NCBI GenBank assembly: GCA_951813855.1
Contig: OX638380.1
Coordinates: 3,934,518-3,998,517 of the forward strand
DNA from: an uncultured Verrucomicrobiae bacterium
GTDB taxonomy: Bacteria > Verrucomicrobiota > Verrucomicrobiia > Limisphaerales > AAA164-E04
Length of the DNA stretch: 64,000 nucleotides
Direction: 5' to 3'
In this document: piece by piece, positions 56,258 through 64,000 of the stretch
How positions within the stretch are numbered: position 1 is the stretch's first letter
How the letters are laid out: every line of letters begins with the position of its first letter
Program-made: the position numbers and the translations under genes
Notes under the pieces: generated by a model
Seen by the model: only the letters and a program-made list of their open reading frames with translations
Told to the model about the DNA's origin: nothing
Databases searched by the model: none

Positions 56258-56528
56258 AATTCCTCCTCGGCTCATCAACGGGGTCGATCCCAATGGGCGC
56301 GATGATTGCGGCTTGAAAATCGTTTTCCCTTGTGAGCGATCAGGCAGCGATCGCTGCCGCAACGTCGGATCTGCCTCTTCCTCCGAGTTCTCGGGAACCG
56401 GGGGAGGGGGTACGTCCCGGGTACGGTTTACCTTGATATTTGCTACCGAGGCGTTGTCGTGTCGCCCGTCCGTGTGCCAGTCAATCGCTGGTGCCCGAAG
56501 TATTCGACAAATCCGAAAAATCGATCGC

Positions 56529-59500
56529 CTATCGTGAGGGATCGGATTCTATCGGTTCGGCAGTTTTCGTCGGCGAGACGGGAGAGGTCTCCGGTAGTTT
56601 CGGGATCGTTCGTTTCCCGAACGATCCAACCGGCAGATAAACGGTAAATCGACTGCCTTTACCGACGGTCGAATCGACTGCCAGTCCGGCATTCAGTTCG
56701 ATCGCCATCTGGTAGATCATGAACAGGCCTAATCCCGTTCCTCGCCGGGAAGACAGGGATTTGTAGCTGAAAAACGGTTCGAAGATCCGAGGGAGTGCCT
56801 CCGGAATAATGCCGCATCCGGTGTCTTTCACGGCTACGTACTGATAACTTCGGGCCGTTCCCGGTTTCAACACGAGGGTTTCGGGGGGACGATTCGCTTG
56901 CCCTGATTCCACGGTTATCGTGCCGGCGTTGGCCATCGCTTCCGCGGCGTTGGTGAGCAAGTTGGAAAGGATTTGTTGCAGGAGATCGGGATTGATCTCG
57001 ATCGATTCCAATTCGGGAGCGGTATGATTTTCGATGGTGATATTCTTCGGCAATCGATCGCCCATGATTTGAATCGTCGTCTGTACCACATCGATGATTT
57101 TCGTTTCGACCGTTTGTTTCTCTTCCTGTTGGGCCATGCCGAGCATGGCCCGGATGACGCTGGCTCCCTGATCGACCACTAGTCGAATGCGCTGCAACCT
57201 GATGAGTACTTTTTTCCGGTCGGTCATATTGGCTTCGATGATCTGAGCCGATCCTCGGACGACGGAGAGAATGCCGTTGAAATCGTGGGCGATCCCGGCG
57301 CTGATGGCGCCCAGAGCTCGCATTTTTTGGCTGTGCAGGAGTTCGCGATTGGCTGCTTCCAATTCGGCCGTACGGACCCTTACGATCTTTTCCACTTCAG
57401 CATAACTGCGAGTCAGCCGAATGTGCCGATTGATGGCCAATCCCGCTAGTAGGGCGATAATGCTGAACCCGGCCAAGGAAATCACCAGCAGGCGAGGATC
57501 CTGGTGCCAAGGAACGACCCAGCGGAAAACCTGTACCGAGGCGACCTTTTCTTCGTTCCAATTGCGATCCATGGCGCGGACTTCCAAGCGATGTTGCCCG
57601 GCGGCCAAGTTGTCGAGGATCAGGGTATTCTTTTCGGAGTAGGGCGACCACGATCCCTGGTCCAAACGCCAGGAGAAGAGCAAACGGTCTCGGGAAGTGA
57701 AATTCCATTTGTCCCGTGCTTCGAACATCGCTTGCCGCGAGGCGGAGCTATCCGGATCGTCGCGGAGGATGATTTGGGAACGGGGAGGATCGATATCCGC
57801 TTCGGGGCGATACCGGTTGATCCCGTGCGAGGTAGCGGTCCAGAAGCGCCCTCTGGTGTCTTCTGACATCGAATATACCGCGTTGGCCGCCAAACCGTCT
57901 CGGGAATCGAGCGTGATCCAAGAGTCGTCCCGATAGCAATGCAATCCTTGATTGCTGGCGACCCAAATGTTCCCGTCGGCGGTTTGTGATATGCGGTTGA
58001 TCCGGTCTTGAGCGGCGTAGATTTTTTTCCATTGTTTATTGTCGTATTCGTAGAGTTGGCTGCCGATTCCGACCCAGATTAGCCCGTTGTTCAGCTCGAA
58101 TAGGCAGGTGGCGCTTTCAGGAGGCAATCCGTGCGAAAAGCCGTATCGCCGAATGGCTTGGTTTTCGATCGTGGCCAATCCGACTTGATCGCAGAACCAG
58201 GTTTCGCCGCTGTTGGTTTCGAAGACGAACAACAGCCTTTCGGGATCGATCGGCAGGCCGACCAAGGGCCGGTAGGGTTGGATGCTCTGATCGCTGACGA
58301 TCCCGATCGAACCGGGCGTCGGTTCCCGTGATTCGGCTTGCCACCAAACGATCGGTTGTCGTTTTTTGTTTTGACCCAAGAGCCTGAGGATTTGTCCGCC
58401 GCCGGCCGGTTCGAACGAAACGAAATTTTCGCTCTCGGGATCGAAGCACAAGGGAACGTCGCGGTTGCCGATGAGCAGCTTGCCGTTATCCAGTTCCACG
58501 ATCATGTCGGTGGCTCGGAATAAAAGTTCCGTTTCTTCCGGCCAGGGGAAGCGCCTCCAATCTGTTTCCTGTCGTAACCGGAGTCCGTCGGAAGCGAGGA
58601 ACCAGAGGCGACCTTTGCCGTCTTCCAGGATGGCGTGCGTCGGCGTACTTGCGTCGATGTTTTCGGGTCTTTGCCAACAGCGGGGAGCGTGCCGCAGCAA
58701 GCCTTCCGTACTGGCGACGAGAAAGGTATCGGGGGCTAGTATGGCGACGTCCATGAACAGCCCTGCCGATACCTGATTATGGTCGACGGACCCGATCCAG
58801 TCTTCGTCGATCCGGTAGATCGAATTGTAAGATTGTCCCCACCAGCCGGTTCCCGATTGCTTCCAGGCATCTCTGATCTTGTGACGGCCGATGGTCCGGG
58901 TTCGCCATCGTTGGCCGTCCCAATCGGCGATGTGACGGGCGTTGTCGTCGCCGACGGCGACCATGGTGACCGAACCGTCTCGATTGATTTTCGGACGGCG
59001 AAACTGCCGTAACCCGGGAGGATTGGGAATCGGCAGCCATTCGGAATTCTGCTTCAGGTCTTTCGCCGCTTGCCGGCTCCGGATCACGCCGTTTTCGCCG
59101 GTGACCAGGACGGTATCGTCAGCCAGTGCGATCATGTCGTGAAATACTTCCAATCCGGTTTCCGTGACCGGTTTGAGGAGCGTCAGCCGGTTTTCCTTCG
59201 CGTCGAACAGCGTGAGGCGATTTGACAGGAGTATCAAGGCTCGGTTCAACTCCAGCGGAATCAACGATAGGGGATGGGTAACGCGCCGGGGATTTCGCCG
59301 ATGTTCTAACTGGATGTCGGGTTGGGGATACCGGCGCCATTTCACTCCCGAATGAACCAGGATCCCTTCTTTGTCCGCCGCCCACAGTTGTCCGGATTGA
59401 CTTTCGAAGATCCGGCTGAGCGAAGCACCGGGAAAAGAGAAGGAATTGAAGCTATAACCGTCGAACTGGGTGATCTCCGACGTGTCGTCGTGACTGAGCC

Positions 59501-59678
59501 AAACCGTGCCTCGCGACCCGACCGTGACCGAACGCACGGCCGAGTTGAGCAGCCCGTCGCCATCCGTGAACCGGCGCAGATTGAATTCGTCTTGCGCTCT
59601 GGCTTCGCAAGCTAGGAGCCAGCCGGCGACGATCCAGAGAACGCTCGCTTTTCTCTGAAGCTTCCGGCTCATCGGCAT
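56529..59678 (-). CDS. sensor histidine kinase with a periplasmic beta-propeller / Y_Y_Y-type sensor region
   Basis: 1049 aa. It has a signal/anchor followed by ~700 aa of propeller-like repeats (WVASNQGLHCY, WTATSHGINRY), then a TM segment. The H-box is ISAGIAHDFNGILSVV and the HATPase_c part has DTGCGI...GTGLGL. There is no receiver domain. Confidence 0.88.
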   Translation of the reverse strand: MPMSRKLQRKASVLWIVAGWLLACEARAQDEFNLRRFTDGDGLLNSAVRSVTVGSRGTVWLSHDDTSEITQFDGYSFNSFSFPGASLSRIFESQSGQLWAADKEGILVHSGVKWRRYPQPDIQLEHRRNPRRVTHPLSLIPLELNRALILLSNRLTLFDAKENRLTLLKPVTETGLEVFHDMIALADDTVLVTGENGVIRSRQAAKDLKQNSEWLPIPNPPGLRQFRRPKINRDGSVTMVAVGDDNARHIADWDGQRWRTRTIGRHKIRDAWKQSGTGWWGQSYNSIYRIDEDWIGSVDHNQVSAGLFMDVAILAPDTFLVASTEGLLRHAPRCWQRPENIDASTPTHAILEDGKGRLWFLASDGLRLRQETDWRRFPWPEETELLFRATDMIVELDNGKLLIGNRDVPLCFDPESENFVSFEPAGGGQILRLLGQNKKRQPIVWWQAESREPTPGSIGIVSDQSIQPYRPLVGLPIDPERLLFVFETNSGETWFCDQVGLATIENQAIRRYGFSHGLPPESATCLFELNNGLIWVGIGSQLYEYDNKQWKKIYAAQDRINRISQTADGNIWVASNQGLHCYRDDSWITLDSRDGLAANAVYSMSEDTRGRFWTATSHGINRYRPEADIDPPRSQIILRDDPDSSASRQAMFEARDKWNFTSRDRLLFSWRLDQGSWSPYSEKNTLILDNLAAGQHRLEVRAMDRNWNEEKVASVQVFRWVVPWHQDPRLLVISLAGFSIIALLAGLAINRHIRLTRSYAEVEKIVRVRTAELEAANRELLHSQKMRALGAISAGIAHDFNGILSVVRGSAQIIEANMTDRKKVLIRLQRIRLVVDQGASVIRAMLGMAQQEEKQTVETKIIDVVQTTIQIMGDRLPKNITIENHTAPELESIEINPDLLQQILSNLLTNAAEAMANAGTITVESGQANRPPETLVLKPGTARSYQYVAVKDTGCGIIPEALPRIFEPFFSYKSLSSRRGTGLGLFMIYQMAIELNAGLAVDSTVGKGSRFTVYLPVGSFGKRTIPKLPETSPVSPTKTAEPIESDPSR

Positions 59679-59687
59679 CCGGTTCGA

Positions 59688-61409
59688 TCACGCTTGGCTG
59701 AAATCCAACCGCCAGGTCATCTGTTGTAGTTCGCTCAGAGAGATGGATTGATCCTGGACGCGATGGAACGCGACCTGCCGGAGACTCTTCCAACCGTTCT
59801 TGGTGGCGGTCATACGTAATTGAGCGACGCTATGGCGATCATGGATGGCTTCCGCCAAGGCTTCGTCCACCGGCGCCAATTCATAGATGGCGATCCGTCC
59901 CGTCACTCCCGTGTCGCGGCATTCGGAGCAGCCTTCGCCTTTGCTGTAAAGCAGTTGATCCGGGGGTAATTCGAGGGCTTGCGTCATCTCTTCCAATACG
60001 GCGGGATCGGGATCGGGATCGGGAACAGAGCAATGACGGCAGATCCTTCGGGAGAGCCGTTGGGCGATCGAGCAATTCAACGACGCGGCCAAGGAATTAG
60101 CGTCCACGCCCATGTCGAGTAACCGGGGGATGGCGTTGATGCTGTCGTTGGCGTGGATGGTGGAAAAGACCAGGTGACCGGTTTGGGAGGCGCGCACGGC
60201 GATATCTGCGGTTTCGCGGTCCCGGATCTCGCCGACCAGCACGACATCGGGATCGTGACGGAGGATGGCTCGCAAGCCTTGGGAAAAGGTCAATCCGATG
60301 CTTTCGTGAGTTTGCATCTGGACGATGCCTTCGATCTGGTACTCGACGGGATCTTCGATCGTGATGATCTTGCGGTGCCCGTCGTTGACCTTTTTGAGGG
60401 CGGCGTAGAGCGTCGTGGTCTTGCCGCTGCCGGTCGGGCCGCTGATCAGGATAAAGCCTTGGGGCAGCGTCGGGATGCGCGAGAAGATTTTTTTCTGGAA
60501 GGGGAGCATTCCCAGTTCTTCGAATCCCAGCCGGATCCGCTCTCGCCCGAGGATCCGCAGACAAAGGCTTTCCCCGTGTTTGGTAGGAATGATGGAGAGG
60601 CGAAGGTCGTAGGATTCGCCTTTGGTTTTCATGGCGATCCTGCCGTCTTGCGGCAGGCGTCGTTCGCTGATGTCCAGCGAGGACATGATTTTGAGGCGCG
60701 AAACGATCGAGGTGTAAAGGGGGCGGAGTTTCGCGGGGATGGGAACCGTCTGCAGGATGCCGTCGATGCGGTAGCGCAGGCGAACCGTCTGGGGACTCGG
60801 CTCAAAATGGATATCGGTCGCCCGCATTGTGAGCGCTTCCGCCAAGAGTTGATCGACCAATTCCGGGATCGTGCCGTCGTCGTTGCGGAATTCTTCGGAC
60901 AGGTCGAAGACCGCCTCTTGCTCGTCGACCTGATCGTCTTTGTCGTCGCGCAGTTTCTCGACGGTTTCCGCCCCCAGGCCGAACTGTGACTTGATGATGG
61001 CTTCGATGTTGCTGGGCGGGGCCAGGGTGAGCCGGATCTCCCGTTTCAGCAGCAGTTTCAGATTGGCCAACTCCAGATTGTTGAGCGGGTCGCCTCGAGC
61101 GATGGTGACGGTTTCTTCGGTCAGGGCGATCGGGATGAAGCGGTAGTGCAGGATGAGGTTGACCGGAACGGCCTGGGTTAATTCTTCGGTCAGGGTGAAC
61201 TTTTCGAGATCGTTGAATTCGAGCGAATGAAGTTCCGACAGGGAGCGTGTGATTTCTGGCTCGGGGGCCAGATTCAGTTCCAGAGCGGCTTGTTGGGCGG
61301 AAGCGCCTTGGCTGCGTTGATGCCGCCGAAGCGTGTCGAACTGCTCTTCGGTGAGGACGCCCTTGATCAACAGGAGATCGCCGACGTCCTGAGAGGAATT
61401 GTCAGCCAT
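59688..61409 (-). CDS. GspE/PilB-family secretion/pilus assembly ATPase
   Basis: Has a T2SSE_N-like N-terminus, Walker A GPTGSGKTTT, Asp/His boxes, and the tetracysteine motif CRHC...CSEC. Confidence 0.92.
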   Translation of the reverse strand: MADNSSQDVGDLLLIKGVLTEEQFDTLRRHQRSQGASAQQAALELNLAPEPEITRSLSELHSLEFNDLEKFTLTEELTQAVPVNLILHYRFIPIALTEETVTIARGDPLNNLELANLKLLLKREIRLTLAPPSNIEAIIKSQFGLGAETVEKLRDDKDDQVDEQEAVFDLSEEFRNDDGTIPELVDQLLAEALTMRATDIHFEPSPQTVRLRYRIDGILQTVPIPAKLRPLYTSIVSRLKIMSSLDISERRLPQDGRIAMKTKGESYDLRLSIIPTKHGESLCLRILGRERIRLGFEELGMLPFQKKIFSRIPTLPQGFILISGPTGSGKTTTLYAALKKVNDGHRKIITIEDPVEYQIEGIVQMQTHESIGLTFSQGLRAILRHDPDVVLVGEIRDRETADIAVRASQTGHLVFSTIHANDSINAIPRLLDMGVDANSLAASLNCSIAQRLSRRICRHCSVPDPDPDPAVLEEMTQALELPPDQLLYSKGEGCSECRDTGVTGRIAIYELAPVDEALAEAIHDRHSVAQLRMTATKNGWKSLRQVAFHRVQDQSISLSELQQMTWRLDFSQA

Positions 61410-61417
61410 CGCCGGGG

Positions 61418-61915
61418 CTATTGAGGAATCGCGACCACCTGGGATTCTCCGAATTTGATGACTTTTCGGTTGGATTCGGAACTGCCTATCTCGACCGTAT
61501 CCTGCTCGACGTTCAAGTCGAGCAAGCGGACCTCGGCGGTCAACTGATCCCCGACGCTGTAAAAGTCCGGTTCTTGATCGTCGATCTGCAGGATGGCTTT
61601 CTCCCCGAAAAATCCTTTGAGGGTGAACTTCACCTTGCGTTCGGAACGTTTCGGTTCGGGCTTGGGTTTTTCTTCGGCGACGAATTGCCGGGTAAAGAAA
61701 GGCGAGGAGTCGACCGACTGGGCCAGCAAGTTGGTGGGGGAGTTCTCGAAGAGCGCTTGAATTCGCCGGTTGAACTGGTCTTGGTCTTGGGATTGGGGTG
61801 CGACGTTCGGTTTGGGCAGAGTAGGCACGTCGCCTCCCAGATTCAGGGCGATCATGATGGAAACGCCTAAGAACAGGAACAGCGCGATTATGGTGGTCAG
61901 GGTGTTATTGGCCAT
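61418..61915 (-). CDS. membrane-anchored hypothetical protein (PilP/GspC-like position)
   Basis: Has an N-terminal TM helix (TTIIALFLFLGVSIMIALNL), a low-complexity linker and a small beta-rich C-terminus. It ends 9 nt before the ATPase start. Confidence 0.6.
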   Translation of the reverse strand: MANNTLTTIIALFLFLGVSIMIALNLGGDVPTLPKPNVAPQSQDQDQFNRRIQALFENSPTNLLAQSVDSSPFFTRQFVAEEKPKPEPKRSERKVKFTLKGFFGEKAILQIDDQEPDFYSVGDQLTAEVRLLDLNVEQDTVEIGSSESNRKVIKFGESQVVAIPQ

Positions 61916-62557
61916 GTTTCGTAAGTAACCGTTCGTTCGCCGGGCGATTTTACCGGTTTCCCGTTTTTTTCCAATCTTTTCCCCACGCCGGTTTGGAAGT
62001 TGGATTCAGGATAGCGGTGGATTGTTTCTGCCGGTCGATTCGGCTGCATCCCAGGGGCGTTTCGTTCGATATCAGATTGATCTTGGAGAGTAGGGAGTTG
62101 GAAGCGGAACTGTTAATCCGGGATGGGCGGTCGTTAGAGGACGATGTTTCATTCTCGATTCCGAAACGAGGATCTGAAGGTAAATCGTTTTACCGGCTGT
62201 CAGGTCAATGGGAACGGCTATTCGCTGACGCTGAGCGGTCAGCCTAGCTTTGAAGAGCGTTCCGCCATAACGGTCGGTGGGTGATCCGCCTCGGTTGGGC
62301 GAGAGCTTGGGTGGAACTGGTTCGATCGGTTTCTTTTCCGATCTGCCTTACCCGGACGGGAAATTCGATAACCTTCCACCCGGCGATTATGGAGTTTTTG
62401 AGTGTGGCGAGCCGCCTTGACAAGTCGTTCCTTGAACGGCGATGAATTGGTGTCAGGGAAAAACTGAGCGAAGTAACGAATCTCAATCGGTTCCAGACCG
62501 TCTGCATCGATGATTCCCGGTCCGGACCGCGGAGCGATTCAGGATATATCGCTCGAG

Positions 62558-63391
62558 TCAATCGACGAGGGGAGCGTCTCGGTCCATGTCTGGAGGCACG
62601 AATCCGACGATTTTCATCCATACGCCGACTTGCGACGGTTTTTCCGTCGAGTTCTTTCGGATCAGGATGCGGTCCACAAACAGGCTGGGTTTGTGTTCGG
62701 GATAATCCGGAAGTTCCAGCCGCTCCCGAATGGTTTCCGAGTTCAGAGGAAGCATGACCAACAATCGGGAGAGGGCAGGGGACGAACACGAAAAGGTCAC
62801 TTCCAGGGTTAGGGGCTTCAGTTGCTTGGGGTCGTCCCCGGTATCGGTTCGGGGTTCGATCGAAAGTTCCGAAATTGATTCCACCGAAGCTTGGATCATG
62901 CAGAGCAGCAGTTGTTGGCTCAGGGCCAGTTCCGCCCAAAGAAGATGGGGTCGGGGTTGGTTGCTTCGATGGATCGGGAAAGCTTCGAAAACCTCCGGCT
63001 CGATTTTTACCTTCTTATTTTTGGCGATCTTTTCGACAGCAGCGATCGCATTGTTGCGGTCGGCTTGGTATTCGACGAGTTTAAAGGGAGTTAGGGCCCG
63101 GTTTTGATAATTCGGATCGATGGAAAGGCCGGCGAGCAGGTCGGGAAGCAAATCGACGGTCTGGTCCAACCGGTCCAGTCCCTGGGAAATGTCGATGAGT
63201 CTTCGCCGTTCCGGATCGAGGGTTTTTTGACGCAGTTTCGCCAGTTCGTTCCAGTTTTTTTTGACGACCCGTTCCCTATCCTCGGCCCGGCGATCCAAAG
63301 GTTGGAAGATCAACAGGTAGAGGAACAGAGTGACGCCGATCAGCAACCAGCATCCTCGATTCGATTGAATCCATCTGGCGAGCGAACGCAT
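62558..63391 (-). CDS. membrane-anchored hypothetical protein (PilO/GspM-like position)
   Basis: Has an N-terminal TM helix (CWLLIGVTLFLYLLIF), a coiled-coil segment and a C-terminal alpha/beta domain. There is a 3-nt gap to the upstream gene. Confidence 0.6.
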   Translation of the reverse strand: MRSLARWIQSNRGCWLLIGVTLFLYLLIFQPLDRRAEDRERVVKKNWNELAKLRQKTLDPERRRLIDISQGLDRLDQTVDLLPDLLAGLSIDPNYQNRALTPFKLVEYQADRNNAIAAVEKIAKNKKVKIEPEVFEAFPIHRSNQPRPHLLWAELALSQQLLLCMIQASVESISELSIEPRTDTGDDPKQLKPLTLEVTFSCSSPALSRLLVMLPLNSETIRERLELPDYPEHKPSLFVDRILIRKNSTEKPSQVGVWMKIVGFVPPDMDRDAPLVD

Positions 63392-63394
63392 GGT

Positions 63395-64000
63395 TCAGCG
63401 GCCTTCGTTGAGGATGCGTTCGTTGCGGTTGATGAAGGAGGAAGCGTTGCGTTCCCTTGTCTCAGACGGCGGCGCCGAGGTGGTATTATTCAGGATCGAC
63501 GGGGCGGAGAAAAAGTTGGGAAATAGTTTCAGCGACAAGGCGACGTGCCGATCGGGAAGCAAGACGTTGGTATTGGCCAGCGAGCGGCGAAGGTCCTCGG
63601 GCAAGGTGTCGACCTGACGATAGACCGGATCGTCGTTGAGTCGGGTCACTAGCGATTGCACTCGGCTCTGGATTTGGTCGCGATCCTTGAACCCTAGTTC
63701 GGCTACGTATCCGGTATGGCCCGATAATTGGTTGGTGACGGTTTGATTGTCGCCAGGCTGGGTCTGATTGGTGCCGGTCGTCTCCGATAGCGCGTTCTGG
63801 TAGGTTTTGAAGTCGGCGAAGAGCACCAGCCAATGGGACTCGTCTTCTGAGATCAGTTGCAGTGAGGCCAGAGTCTTGAGCAGTTCCGTCGCATCCATTT
63901 GCCGTTTGAGCACAGGGCGGAGTCGTTCGTAATGTGACGCGAAGTCCGCCAGGTTGCGTTCGGCGTCTTCGTAATCGTCGACCGCCCTTTCGTAGCGTTT
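63395..64000 (-). CDS. partial CDS of the same pilus/T2SS-like operon (5' end beyond the right window edge)
   Basis: The listed ORF starts at a GTG at 63913, but the frame stays open to position 64000 (KRYERAVDDYEDAERNLADFASHYERLRP-VLKRQMD...). The gene therefore probably begins outside the window. Confidence 0.6.
   Translation of the reverse strand, partial: KRYERAVDDYEDAERNLADFASHYERLRPVLKRQMDATELLKTLASLQLISEDESHWLVLFADFKTYQNALSETTGTNQTQPGDNQTVTNQLSGHTGYVAELGFKDRDQIQSRVQSLVTRLNDDPVYRQVDTLPEDLRRSLANTNVLLPDRHVALSLKLFPNFFSAPSILNNTTSAPPSETRERNASSFINRNERILNEGR

Noticed and set aside
56343-56358. Perfect 16-nt palindrome GGCAGCGATCGCTGCC between the convergent sulfatase and kinase genes, considered as a bidirectional terminator.
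   Set aside because: It has no loop and no flanking T/A tracts, and it contains a GATC/CGATCG core that is common in this genome. The evidence for a terminator call is insufficient.

Overview
This 64 kb window looks like chromosomal DNA from a PVC-type bacterium (Planctomycetota or Verrucomicrobiota). That assignment is an inference from gene content: a Tat-signal DUF1501 protein, a giant ThuA/HEAT/cytochrome-c protein, a sulfatase, a membrane Ser/Thr kinase and DUF4399. By eye the backbone is in the high 50s % GC. The housekeeping genes are infA, argH, lysA, a cobA-hemD fusion and tadA. Three IS-laden variable patches interrupt this backbone. (1) 17.6-23.2 kb holds a frameshifted IS1634-like element, a NUDIX gene, a lone low-GC ABC-ATPase with a Toprim/DUF4435-like tail (an OLD/PARIS-like defence candidate), and about 1 kb of gene debris that includes an internally deleted Dam-like methyltransferase. 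(2) 32.7-39.9 kb holds two diverged copies of a P-loop (AAA_16/AAA_22-like) ATPase gene, and three separate insertions or remnants of one unclassified IS type touch them. That IS type has 13-bp terminal inverted repeats (TIRs) and 5-bp target-site duplications (TSDs). Its single in-frame TGA splits a 743-codon transposase, and a 374-bp non-autonomous derivative is also present. (3) 52.0-54.6 kb is an AT-rich nest made of an IS110 fragment, an IS10-like fragment and an intact IS630. Other notable content is a LamG protein with an internal ~0.7 kb tandem duplication, followed by a complete Vibrio-TonB2-type operon (DUF3450, large MotA/TolQ-like protein, ExbB, ExbD, TonB, TPR protein) and a low-GC TonB-dependent receptor. 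A native-GC paralogue of that receptor is cut by the left window edge and is missing from the ORF track. There is also a sugar-phosphate-cyclase / phosphodiesterase / PfkB-kinase cassette, and a type IV pilus/T2SS-like operon that ends in a beta-propeller histidine kinase. I found no rRNA, intact tRNA or CRISPR array. All identities and GC values are eyeball estimates. Family names come from recognised motifs, not from searches.
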